DNA of 64,000 nt, taken from Lepidodermella squamata (taxonomy: Eukaryota; Animalia; Gastrotricha). Each line of letters opens with the position of its first letter. Positions within the stretch are counted from its first letter, which is position 1. A program made the translations under genes and the position numbers. Below, piece by piece: positions 23,601 to 36,432 of this stretch. Where the stretch lies: the NCBI GenBank assembly GCA_047495785.1, contig JBLDXI010000009.1:2232001-2296000 (forward strand). The letters are read 5' to 3'. Below the pieces are notes generated by a model. That model was not told the origin of the DNA, made no database searches, and worked only from the letters and a program-made list of their open reading frames with translations.

Positions 23601-24696
23601 TATTTATGCATTTTCAGATAAAGAAGTTCATGGATTCTTGTGTAGAAATATTACTCGATGATCTAACAGGCGTGAAAGAAGGAGTTGATATCAAGCGGGC
23701 AACAGGTAACGGGCGGATATGACGGACTGGTGGTGTTGCCAACACGGGTGCTTGCGGCGGAAGTCGCGAAGGGCCTAAATGTAATTAATTTGAGAAACAC
23801 AGTTAGTAGGTAATGAACTAACCGGGAACAGGTGACATAAACGATTGCCGCACTGCAAAGAACGATTTGGGTTTTATCAATGATTACTGCTTGCAAATTC
23901 TCAAACCTGAAACATTAGAGGTGGATGGTCGGTTAGGTGGTTCAGAAGGAGAGCGCTCATTTCTGGCTGGGGGCTTTGTCACATTGCTCTCAGAGTTAGA
24001 ACGACTTGTTCGCTGTGCCTGTTGGTCTTTCCGCTTCTTAGCACGATAGGCGTCGCCAGCTTCTGTGAGTGTCGGCTTACGTTTCCGACCCATGAAGTAT
24101 GGGTTAGCAGATTATAACTTCACTCTAATGACTGAAATAAGAAAAATTAAGGCATATAACGGAGTAAGGATTCCAATGTTTTTGACTCGATCATCAGAGA
24201 ATCGGAGAATCAAAGCTAAGATTAAAAGTTGAAATCGGAGATACCTCTCTCCGGCTCAATAATTGCTGTAATTTTATTGTGACAGATGTTAATAAAGCGG
24301 TTTTACGGGTGAGACGATTGTTTATTCTTTTATTAAAACACATCAGAAGAACAGTTATTTCTGAATTGCGAATGCGGAAGCAGGGTTGTTCAACAGCTGC
24401 GACCGGGTTGACCGGGTTACCGGGTTGACCGCCGGCGAGAAACTGCTTAGGAAAACACTGCGAAAAATGCTTTTCAACCGCATTAAATGCATTTAATGTT
24501 TATTAGTAATTTCATTTATTGAAAAAAAATAATATTTAATATTTAATCGTTTTTATTTCATCCCTGCAAAGTTTATCCGAAGTCTTCTTACGTTTGTTAT
24601 GTTGTTAATACCGATGATTTTTAGCAATATTTTTTGCGATGAATAAACACAACATTTGGAAGATTTGTAATTTTTCATAGTTTCGTTTTATGAAAA

Positions 24697-26087
24697 ATGG
24701 ACGACATTTCATCGGTTGCGTCTTCGCCGCGTTCTGCTGACCGGGCGAATAACAGTAACACAAGTTACGACCCGCCGCCGGGCGTCGTTCGCATTCAATC
24801 GCGAACCGTCGACACTTGCATTGGCACAGTATGCTGGCCGTTGAATATAACTCTTCCTCAATCTGAAAATTGATTATTTTTTTTCGTTCAAGATTCGCAG
24901 ATGGAGCACAATTTCGCGTTTTCAAAGATTTTTCTTCGTTTTCGGGCTCATGGAATTATTTATTTCTCTCGGCTATTCTTTATATGCCATGCTCCACGCC
25001 CTTCAATCCGCAGAACCAGGCACCGGCGAAGACTTCATCCTTGCCACTGTTTTAGCAATTAACATTTGTAAGATTGAAACAATTATTTAAAAAATCTGAA
25101 ATTTTGATTATTTTGTTCGCAGTGTTCTGCTTTCTTCACCTTTTCGACGGCGTCATGAGGGAGAGACCTTACGATCTGATGGTTTTCGTGTTAGCCAACG
25201 CTATGGTGCTGATCTATGTCATCGAAAACTACGCCTTTCGATGCGTTCAAAACGCAGAGATGTGCTTCAAAATTATTAAAATGGTATATTAATTTTTTTT
25301 ACAATTTTTTTCATCAATTGAATATTAATTTTCAGTCCCGAGTCATTTTTACGGCGGTATTTACGCCTGTGGTTATAATTATCGGTATCATTGTTACGAA
25401 GCAATTGAGCCGGGGCGATTTTATTTTTCGAATCGTCGGCGCTTCGGCATCTGCTCAAAAGGCGTGCAGAATTTTATTTGCCTGCATCAGCTTTATCTTA
25501 CTCGATCTCCAAGTTCAGGTATCATTTTTTCGAATTTAACCTTGATAATTTTAACCTCAGAATTGCCTCAGCTCAGCATGCTCACTGCGCTACTGTATGA
25601 GAAAATCAAAGAAAAGAATATGCCAGAAATCGTATTATTGAGCTGTGATTTGCCGTTCTGTTTACTGTGGGCTTTGGCTTCATATTTTGCCGTGAGTTTC
25701 TAGAAAGTTCAACAGGAATAAAATGCAAAAATATCGCGCCATAGGTTCGGCTAGAAAACGTGGCCTTGACGATTATGGTAGCCATAACGTCGCTAGCCGA
25801 GCCCGCCTACATCATTTACAGCATATACGTGGCGCAGGGTAAGCTGAGCGCGAATAGCCACGAGTTGCTAGACATCGCCATCATATCGATTGGCGGGCTT
25901 GCGCTCATCGTTCGCGCTATACACCTGTACCTGCTGTTTCGCTGTGCTAGAAACTTCGACCGTTCGTTGAGCCTTGTCGGTAAGTTTCGTTTATTACGTA
26001 AAAAAAGCTGCGATTGTTACGAACTCACTTTCGGAGACAGTTTTCAACCTGCCGATAAATGGCGAAGCCAGACCGTTGCTGCGTTAA
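24697..26087 (+). CDS. Uncharacterised ~8-TM membrane protein, paralog C
   Basis: MDDISSVASSP...; ERPYDL, FIFRIVGASASAQ, LDLQVQ, EPAYII; conserved intron positions. Confidence 0.8.
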
Positions 26088-26297
26088 ATTTTGGTCTTTT
26101 CTGCTACGTAAAAATCGATTTCTCAGTTTCTTGTGATTTTTTTTGCGCAATAAAACAAAGACGCGAAAACCAGCGTTTTGATTTGATCGGGTTATGATTA
26201 ATAAATGATTTGGAGCCCTGAGCATTGAACATAAAGGTGGGTTAAACAGTCGACTCGATTCCTGTTGAATAACTGTTTCAAAGTTGAGTAAAATAAA

Positions 26298-29200
26298 ATG
26301 AAGAATTGGCTTATCGCCGTCGCTGTGCTTTGCTTGATAAAAATTGAAGGTACAGGGGCGCAAACCACTGTTTCAACGACGAGAGCCTCAACAACTCAAA
26401 CCACTACTATGCCACCTTCGACACTGTCAACTACTCGACCTGCCACTGTAACATCCGCTGGTGCTACAACAAGCGCTGCTGCTTCGACGTTGACCACTTC
26501 TCGACCGGCTAATGCAACTACCGCAACATCAGCCGCTGGTACTGCAACAACAGCTCCTCCTTCGACGTTGTCCACTTCGCGAGCTGCCAATCTTACTACT
26601 ACACCAGCTAATGCTACAACCCCTGCAATGTCGACTAGAGCAGCGAATGTAACTGGAACAACTCAGTTACCACCATCGACGATCACAGCTGGTAATACGA
26701 CTACAACGGCTGCTAATGTAACTGGAACATCCCCACCACCTCCGTCACAGCCGACTTCGACCAGCATGACTACGGCAGGCAGAGCTGGTAATTTAACGGC
26801 TACATCACCTCCAGCACCCACCACGACAGCCCAACCGATAAACTCTACGGAAAAAATACCATTGAGTAATGTCACAGGAACAACAGCTAAAGCCGGGAAC
26901 ACCTCATCACCGGGGGCCCTTCCGAGCTCTCCCGTAAACTTGTCAACTCAGCCGATGAACTCAACTACAGCAGCTCCATTTTCGCCAACGACAAGAATTT
27001 TCACGACTGGGGCATCCCCACCATCCTCTGCTTCACCATCAAATGATACGGACTCGTCGTCTTCGATTAATGCGACAACCGTTCAGCCATCGAATTTCAC
27101 TAGGGCAGCGTCATCGATTGGTTCAACACATGATAATAGTTCCACCAAGTTGCCTCAATATTCTACGGCAGCGGCAGTCATGTCAACACCAGCTTCAAAC
27201 ACCTCAAGACCAGCCGGCCAATCGACTGAGGTCATATCAACCGTTAAACCAACAACCGGGCAAACGATGAAAGTCACCACCAATGCGTATTCTGTTTCCA
27301 CGAAGTTTGCAAATGCAACAAGTATGGCTCCAACGCGCGCCGCCGGAGAGACGACAAGGTTTTCTAATCAACCATCTACCGCTTCAAACGCTATGAATCC
27401 GTCGTCGACGAGACCTGTTGAAACAACCACCGCACGAAATGGCGCTCTGGTGGCGACACAGACAGCCTCTAACGTGGATCCTCAGAATCCAAGCTGTGGC
27501 AGAAGCGTTTGCGAAGCTCCTTTCTTTGTCAAAGGCGCGTCTGGTGAAAACGTGGCTGCTTGCTTGAGCGATAAGAAGCTGTATTTGTGCCAAAACAAAA
27601 CGACATACCAAGCATGGGCTAACGTAGCCGTTGTCGAGGAGATGCCATTGTATGGCGAGCTGAATTTCACGATTTTCGACAAGCAATACATGTTGAAAGG
27701 GACTCAGCTGTTCCAGTTTGCGACAAACGGTAGTAGCACAGCGATCAATGACAAAGAAAAATTCAAATGGTTCTTCGCTCGGTTCAAACGCCACGAAGGT
27801 GACAAAAGTTAAATTTAGAAGTCATGGTTCTATCACCATTTACCCTCGTTCTCAGGTAGGGGGTGGTTTTACAGCTCATGGACCTTTCCATCTTCAGATA
27901 ACAAGTACCTATTTGCAATAACCTAATAATCGTGATTTTCAGAGCTTCAATTTTTCAGAACCTCGGTACGACGCGCGTTTCATTTCAATGGAACAGGGTT
28001 TTGCGACTTGTCCACTACAGCAGATGGATCTCTCACTTCTGTTGCCCAAAACATGAACCAATACACACAATATTCATACTACAGGGTCGAATACGAAGGG
28101 CCTTTCAACCGCCGAGAGCCTCGCGTTTGGTTCACTGAGCAAACGAATACAAATGGAAAAGTGAATTTTGCTGAATTTTCCTACAATGGAACCTGGTTCA
28201 TTTGGACTGAAATGAATGGATATCAGCGTTACAATGGAGAGTTTACAGATAGGTAAGAAATCAGCATTGAGCTTTGGCGTTTGTTAATGTTAATGGAAAA
28301 TGTTGTCCTCGACCAGGATCACTGCTTCTGCAAGTCTACTCTCTAACATGACTTTCGCGGCAGCTAATGGAACCAAGTATCAGTTTATAAACGGAACAGT
28401 ACTTCGTCTGGGGCGAAATGGACTGCCGGTCGCTCCGATTCCATCTGACTTCGATTACCAGAAAGCCATAGATAGCGACCCGCTTGCCACTGGTGGTTAT
28501 TTCTTCAAATGGGATGCAGACTTGTCGAAGATGGGTGCTTATCGCGGCGCTGATGGGGCTTGGTGGGTCAATATAAACAAGGGAAAATTCCAGTTTCAGC
28601 GACGCCCTTTGACCTGTCAAGATTTGGATAAAAGGCCTCTCGATACAGTGCAGGCGGCCGAACCATCCCGCATCCCAACTGAAGATGTTATGAAGACAGG
28701 CTTTCAAGGTAAAAACCCGAAAAACGGAGAATTGATGGCAGATTTCTGAACATATAAATGTTTACAGTTTGTTCGCTGTCTTCTCCCAAATGTGAATTGG
28801 GCTACTACTGCCAGGATCTTTCGGCTGTTTACGATATTCGTTGTCGACTTGGGCTATGTGTTTTGAGTGAGATATCCTTTCGGAAGTTATTCCCAAATAG
28901 TTTTCTTTTCGTGCTAGATGAAACTGCTATTTGCCCTAGCATCAAGGGAAACTTCTCTAGCAATCAAAAGAGTAAGCTGCAACCTTTTCTTAAAACTTTT
29001 TCAAGCAGATTTTCAAACAGGATTTGGCCAGGCTTGTAAAATGAACTCGGACTGCTTCACTGGAATATGTAGCGATGGTAAATGCGCTTGCACGAACTGC
29101 ACTAAACCCTTGCCTGCACTGGAGTATGACTTAGATACTGGAGTTGTCATTTTCAAAGAGACATGCATCCGTAAGTGATTAGCCATTATAGGATGGGGAA

Positions 29201-31002
29201 AGTACACGCAACAGTTTTCTTGCAGCTTCGACTAGCGTTGTTGGAAGCCTGAATGATACTTGCGACTTGTGGGCCGGAGTAAAAAGAAAGGAATGCCCTT
29301 TCGGATCTGTATGTGCGAAATGTCCAGAGCTTCTCAACTCTCGATTTTCCCCAGCTAGATGCGTCGGTATGAAGGCTTTTCCTAGTACCATCTTCATTCA
29401 TTAATATGGTCTGATTTGATAGCATTGAAATCTGTCTCGACAAGGCCTGTCAATAAAGACCTGAACCCAACCGGGCAAGCAAAAAACACAACAGAGACAT
29501 CTGCGACAAATTCAACGAAAGATTCCGTGGTTGCAACAGGACCATGTGACAACTTCAAATGCGGTTACCTATCGAACTGTTCCGTCGTCGCGGGCATCGC
29601 CACATGCGTTTGCCCAAGAGGCTACAACTTGGAGCCGAATATGAAAGATTGTTACGGCTGGCGTCCGGCCACCCAAGGAGCCTGCAGCACAACTTGCGGT
29701 AATGGAATTATAGTCGCAACACGGCAGTGTGACAAAGTCAGCAAATCATCCGGTGTGGAGTGCGAGGGTAACTCTACAATCGTTTCAACTTGCGTTGGTG
29801 GCGATGAGTGCCCGGGTATTTATATTCCCTTGAATTAAACAATTTTTATTACAACCTGGCTTTTCAGTCGCGACCTCGTTGGTAACAAAGTCATGCCGCA
29901 TCGTTTTTGGCTCTTCAGTACTAACTGAAGAGTTGTTTACTGATCTCGCGGAGGACAATGTCAAATACGCAATCGCTCAGAAGTTGAACGAACATTGTGT
30001 GAATGACTCAGAAACCTTTGAGAAGGAATGCTGTCCGTCAAAGGCCTGGTCAGAAAACATCGCATCTCTTTTTTCCTCACCTGATGCAGCTGACTGTGTC
30101 GATTACAAAACTGGAATAACGATCCACAACAAATTCTCGAATGGCACGCATTTCAGTTTCTACATGATGGCATCGGGTAATCCTACGGGGACATGCTGTT
30201 CCGCGGCTCAACCATTGAAAAGCCGAAAAATTCGTGAAGCTCAAGCCGCCGCATTTGATCAGAACAGCCTTCAGACGATTCTGACTGACCCGACCTTGTA
30301 AGCAGTTGCTTTATTATCTTTTTAAACCTCTAATTCCCTCAATTAAGGATGGCGACAGTTACAGAAAGTGTCAAATACGTTGACCCTAATGTCGAGCCGC
30401 TAACTGCGGGAAGTGTTAAAACTGCCAGTGAAATTCGCCAACTTCAGGCAAATGTTAACAACAATTTCGCAACTAGCAATTATTCCTCGAACAATGCTGC
30501 GAAAGCTGTAAGATTTGAATTATATTCTTGTCTTCATTCTATTTTTAATGAAATAATTTTAAGGCTACAGTAAACGAGACTTCGTCCCGCTTGGAACCTT
30601 GGGTAATTGGAGTAATAGTGGCAGGGGTCGTCGCAATCTTAATTGCAGGAGGCGTCGTAGCTTACCTGTTAATCAGAAAAAAGTATTAACGTTACTTCTG
30701 ATCTGAATGAAATATCTATTACTGTGCCATGTTTCAGGAAATCATCAACTTCCAACAAAATTTATGTTTCCGAAAATTTCGGTACGAGGCAAGAATACTT
30801 ACCGCGAGTGACTTACACGGAGCGAGCTACGCCCAAGCCACGCGTGGTCGGTCAAACGTCACGCGTTAGATTCGCCCAGCCTGCTGTGCATCTGATTCCT
30901 GCGAATAATTATCCGCCGTATTACAATCAGTATCCGCAATCGCAATATGCCTATGCCCGGCCTCGTCTGCCTCATGATGACAACTACGCCATGAGCTCGT
31001 AA
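26298..31002 (+). CDS. Type I surface receptor paralog G1 (SP, ~370-aa mucin, novel domain, Cys-rich, EGF, TSP1, SEA-like/RxxR, TM, YPPYYNQYP tail)
   Basis: Signal peptide MKNWLIAVAVLCLI; RFKRHEG|RGWFY; DPLATGG; CDNFKCGY..CVCPRGYNLE (EGF); W..GACSTTCGNG..RQC (TSP1); SRKIR; EPWVIGVIVAGVV TM. Multi-exon. Confidence 0.85.
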
Positions 31003-31306
31003 ACAGTGGTTTGGAAATATCTAGCGCGTTTCGCAAAGCGCAGTCAGACTTGAAACTTTTGATAACTCAATTTATATTAAATCAACTATGACCGCCAGGA
31101 GAGTTCTTGATACTAACTTGAATCCACTATACCGTTATAATTTCTTCTTTCCGGGATTTTTCGCAATTCTCCATAGTTTGAGCCTTGCTCTTTGAAAAAC
31201 TAAGATACATAATAAGCTGTGAGCTCCTGCATTTACATGTACTAATTCCCTTCGTCTAATACTAAAGTAGTTTTACTGGCCCTGTGTGCTGCTATGTGCT
31301 TATAAA

Positions 31307-31602
31307 TCAGTGCAGATTCGAAGTTAAACGAATAAAATAATCACATCGGCGGTCTAACAAATCTGAATCAAAACAACAGCAGCATGTTATCGAAAATTCT
31401 ATTCGTGATACTGGTGTAGCTGTCGGTCCATGCTTCCATAGGCTGAGGCCGGATAGCCAAAATTTCAGTGCCGTTCGAGGTGAATTTAACAATAATTTTT
31501 CTGGATTGAGCTGGAGGAAAAAAATATCTTAGCAACCAGGCGTTTGTTTCGATCGGCAAAACATTGGCAATCAGCTATTATGCTGTTCAGATGAAAGTGC
31601 AT
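31307..31602 (-). CDS. Candidate 64-aa three-exon antisense microprotein gene
   Basis: Exons 31602-31563, 31510-31412 and 31362-31307 join in frame via 52- and 49-nt GT-AG introns. No homology recognised. Confidence 0.25.
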
Positions 31603-31796
31603 AATTAATTAATGAAGTCGCCAGCTTGCTAAAGGTGTGATTTTAGGTATCAAATGTCAATGCTCAGCTGCGAATTAAAGGAATATTCAATATTAGCTGT
31701 GAATTAAGGAAAAATCCGCAAACATTTGTGATCATAAGATTGAAAAAGTATTTTGTAGTAGATCATCCCGGAAGCTCTCTTGATTTTACAATTAAA

Positions 31797-34700
31797 ATGA
31801 TCCGCACGTTGTTTTTCGCAATCGCTGCCACCACGTTTCACAATGCTCCGGCTCAGAAAGATACGACCTCTACTCCTATAACTACTCGAAGCGGCAGCTC
31901 CTCCGCAACAACCAGTGCCGTTCCAACGACAGCTATAGGTCGTGCAGCTCAAACTACAGGAAGCCCTATTTCGTCCATGCCATCGTCAGCTATGTCAGGA
32001 TCACCCCCTCCATCTTCAACCACCGGGGCAGCCCCTAGTTGGCTACTTCCTGTGAAACCTGCAGCTGCGACAAGTCCGCCTATTCCATCCTCATCACCAG
32101 GGATGACAACTAGGGCTCCCCTTCCCACTACAGCTACTAATCAAGCAATGATATCAACTGGAAAAACTGCACCAGTTGCAACTTCTAAACCTGCAGCTGT
32201 TTCAAATGCAGCAATGACCACACTGCCTCCTAAGACTAGAGATAGTCCGCTGGCCAGCTTACCATCGACCTCATCTGGAGAGATTCAATCATCCGAAAGA
32301 CCAGTTGTAACAACGAAGCCCATTCCTTCAACTACGCAACTGCCGACGACACCCGTAGTTACTGCGGCCCCGAAAATAGACATTTTGAATCCAACATGCG
32401 GGAAAAATTATTGCGAGGCGCCTTACGCAGTGAAAGACAAAACCGGAGAATATGTTACCGCATGCTTGAACGAGAAAAAGCTCTACCTTTGCCAAGACAG
32501 AACTACTTACGCGTATTGGACAAATGTAGCTGTTGTGGATGAAATCCCTTTGTTCGGAGACCTAACCTTCGCAATATTCAACGCATCATTCGTTCTTAAA
32601 GGCACAAATCTTTCCCAAATCTTGCCAAATGGCACCCGGATGCTCATCAAAGACAAAGACAGCTTCAAGTGGTTTTTTGTGAGATTCAAGCGGCATGAAG
32701 GTAAATCTTTGAGATTTCTTTACCAAAGTGATGATTGTTACTCTTTGAACAGGGAGAGGATGGTTTTACAGTTCTTGGCTGTTTCCTTCAGCAGATAACA
32801 AGTTTGCTAAGTGACATTTTGGTGTTATTGCATAAATTGCCCTTTCTTTTAACGCAGAGCATCATCCGTCAAGCGAGCCTTTTATTATGATGATAGTGGA
32901 TTCTCTAATCTGTCGACCGATGGTGAAGGGAACCTTGTCGCTGTGGCTCAAGCATCATCCCAATACCTGCAAGTCCCTTACTACAGAACAGATTATGATG
33001 TTTCAGCTGGTCGCCGAGACCTTCGCTGCTGGTTCACCGAAATGATACCATCTGGCGCAGATAAGACTCTAGCAGAATTGTCTTACAATGGAAATTGGTA
33101 TATTTGGACTGCAGCTTATGGGTATCAAAGTTATACTGGAGAATTTACAATGGGGTAAGCCCATTGATCTAAATATATCGCGCAGTTTACCATTGAATTT
33201 TTAACAGAATCAGTAGCTGTTCGATGCTTTTGTCAAACATGGCTTTCACTCTGGCATCCAATGGTACGAAGTTTCAGTTTATAAATGGTACAATATTTCG
33301 CCTTGGACGCAACGGCTCGCCCATAGCTCCTGTTCCATCTGACTTCGACTATCAAAGTGTTATTGAGAGCGATCCATTAGCTACTGGTGGATATTATTTC
33401 ATATACCCTTCTGATGCTACGAAGATTGGTGGTTATCAAAACGCGAATGGGGAATGGTGGGTGAACATCAACAAGGGAAAATTACAGCTACAAAGGCGAC
33501 CTCTGACCTGCGAGATGATTTCGAAAGATCTGCCGGCAACAACACAACCGTCCGATCCAGCCTGCTCGTCATCGGAAGATACTATGAGAACTGGTTTCCA
33601 ATTGTGTGAGCTATCATCACCCAAGTGCGACAAAGGCTACTATTGCCAGGATCTATCTACAGCTTACGGCATCAGCTGCCGTCTTGGCATCTGCGTTCTT
33701 AGTAAGTTGGCATTATATCTCCCCAATGATTACTTCATTTCTCATTGATGGTAGATGTGTCCGCGATTTGTCCAAATAAAGCTACGACAGACTCACTGAC
33801 GTTACAAAGTATGGCTCTGCTTTCAAATTGTGCAAATTACAAGCTTGATTTCAATTTCCAGAATTTGGCCAAGCTTGCAAAACTAATGCTAATTGTTTCA
33901 CCGGCATTTGCTCCAACAGCAAATGCTCCTGCACAAAGTGCACTAAACCATTGCCTACATTGGTGTACGACTGGGAACGTGAAACTTTAGCTTACAATGA
34001 ACGGTGTATCCGTGAGTCATTTTACAATTATCGATAACTGAACTAGGATCATACCCCGTACTATTCCAGCCTCAAGCAGCATTGTTGGGGGCCTAAACGA
34101 TACTTGCGATTTTTGGGCTACTGTTAGGAAGAAAGACTGTCCGTTCGGCGCCGTCTGCGCAAAATGCCCGGAGTTACTTAGCTCGCGCTTTTCTCCCGCA
34201 AAATGCGTTGGTAAGCAAAAATTGAAGCTATAACATAAAGCAGCGGAATTAAAATATTATACTCCAAGCTGTGAAATCCGTTACCAAGAAGCCGAGTGTT
34301 GCAGTCACAAGACCCCCGCCTACTAAATTAACCGACAATTCCACTACAAACAACAACACTACGCAAGAACTGATGAAGGGACCTTGTGACGACTTGAAAT
34401 GCGGATATTTAGCTAATTGTTCGATTGTTGCTGGAATGGCTACATGCATCTGTCCTAATGGTTACAATCTGGACCCGAATATGATCGATTGCTACGGCTG
34501 GCGGCCTGCTGTTACTCAAGGGTCTTGTAGCACGACTTGCGGCAACGGGGTACTTGTGAAGACCCGGCAGTGTGACAAATCAAACCAATCGTCGACTGTC
34601 GATTGCGAAGGAAATTCAACTCTAATTACGACTTGCGTTGGTGGAAGTGAATGTCCTGGTTAGCATTTTGTTTGAATTTCAAATTGCTCACTGACGCATC

Positions 34701-35865
34701 GTTTCTTTAGTTCCCACATCGATGGTGCAAACTTCATGTCGCATTTTATTTGGCTCTTTGATTCTCACCGAAGAGCTGTTCAACAATTATGTCGAAGATA
34801 ACGTGAAATATTCCATTGGTCGAAAATTGAACGATTTGTGCATGAATGACTCCGATATCTACGAGACGCAATGCTGTCCAACAAAGGGTTATTCATCTGA
34901 TCTCGCAAATCTTTTTGACAGCCCTGATGCAATCGACTGTATTGATTATAAAAATGGGCTGAACTTCTTCAACAAGTTTTCAAACGGCACACATTTTAGC
35001 TTCTATATGACGGCGGCTGGCAATCCGACCGGGACCTGCTGCTCCTCGGCCCAAACCATCAAGAGCAGAAAGGGGCGTGATGCCGATGCCCTTTCTTTTA
35101 ACCAAGACAGCCTTCAAACCATTCTGTCGGATCCCTCGTTGTAAGATGTTGATTTATCTAATTCTGATAATATCTATTCAACTGACTTTTAGAATGGCCG
35201 AGGTCACTGATAACGTGAAGCAGGTGGATCCTGATGTGAAGCCCCTGACAAAGGAAAGCGTTCAATCTGCTAGCGAAGTGCGAAGAACAAGTTTTACGTA
35301 TTCATCGGGCACATCGTCATCGAATTCATCTAACTCAGGAGCTCCGGTAAATATATAAATTATCGGTACTTTGGACTTTTACCATTGGTTTCAGGTTGCG
35401 TCTGTTGAGACTAAGTCAGGCCTTGAGCCATGGGCTATTGCTGTCATCGCTATAGGGGTTCTCGTAATTATAATTGGTGGAGGCATCATCTTGTTTGTAC
35501 TCCTTAAAAAAAGGCAAGGCATTTTTTGACTCCCACCATCATGTCAAATTTCTTTTTGATTTTCCAATTGAAGTAAGAAGCAAATATCCAACAAAATCCT
35601 CGCTCAAAACGCGGCAGTTGGTTATCGCGCCAATGATTCTCCTCGGAAGACTTACGACGAAAGAATGGTACCGATGCCCTCTGATGAAATGAGAAGAATT
35701 TCACCGGTCAAAATGACACAACCAACCGCTCAGATGTCTCGTGAGGCTTTTACAACAGGCGTAAGAGGCGGCTACCCACCTTATTACGGGCAATACCCGC
35801 CATCAGGTTTTACTATGGCACAGCCTCTTCCCACTCATGGCGGAGCTGGGAATTATCCTAATTAA
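31797..35865 (+). CDS. Type I surface receptor paralog G2 (closest to G1)
   Basis: MIRTLFFAIAAT signal; ~175-aa S/T/P region; same domain series; SRKGR; EPWAIAVIAIG TM; YPPYYGQYP tail; GC-AG intron 35514-35573. Confidence 0.85.
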
Positions 35866-36432
35866 CCAGCAGAACATTTAATGGAACTTATTACAGATTG
35901 GTTTCTGTTCACGCGTTTCATGTATCGCAAATTTCACAACTATTTTCCTTCATCATAGATGTTTTCCTAATGACATTCAGAGCCATAAGCATTGTTAAAA
36001 TAATGCTTTTTCTCTTTGAAAAATATCTTATTTCTTGCCGTGAAATTATCATGAAAATAAAATCTCATTATGACACTTGACACTTGATAACAAATCAGTA
36101 AATCTAGTCGACGCATGTGTTTCCATACATTTTTCGCATGATTTTGTCAGAAGCCGATATTTTGTAGGCCAGATTTAGTACCTCTAAATAACAGAAAGTC
36201 AGAACTAGGTACATCCATCCACAATTTTATGGGGAGTTTCTGTTCGCTGATGGGGTTTTTACGACGGTGCAATGCTGCAACCTATCAGTCCAAGCGTAAG
36301 AAGCTTTTATGGTCGTCCTTGCAGCTGTTTAGGATAAACAGCCGTGTTCTGAAAAACTGATTTTGCCAAGATACTTCGAGTTGGTCAACTACTATTGCAG
36401 TTTTTCCTAAGATCCTTAGTGGCGGATTCAAA

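Larger units (their letters stand above)
17751..24093 (-). pseudogene. Helitron Rep/Helicase (HUH endonuclease + PIF1 helicase), multi-exon; helicase frame broken by the rearrangement at 19095-19799
   Basis: Zn motif CNHCGA..CCGGGKV, FFITITCNPNW, VIEFQ|KRGLPHCH (HUH), KYLYKYVYKG (Y2), GGCGKT (Walker A), IVWDEGPM, GGDFRQ, NKSQGQT, HGQLYVALSRV. Reading reaches ..DALGILNR* at 19780. Confidence 0.9.
17639..24617 (-). mobile_element. Helitron rolling-circle transposon (~7 kb) with internal rearrangement
   Basis: 3' end CTAG|T at 17639-17642 with a GC hairpin at 17651-17669; RepHel gene inside. The 5' A|TC end is ambiguous (candidates 24614, 24617, 24639). Confidence 0.9.

Noticed and set aside
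24400-24432. GACCGGGTT short tandem repeat
   Set aside because: About 3 units inside the Helitron 5' non-coding region; ordinary for Helitrons and not a CRISPR or telomeric array.
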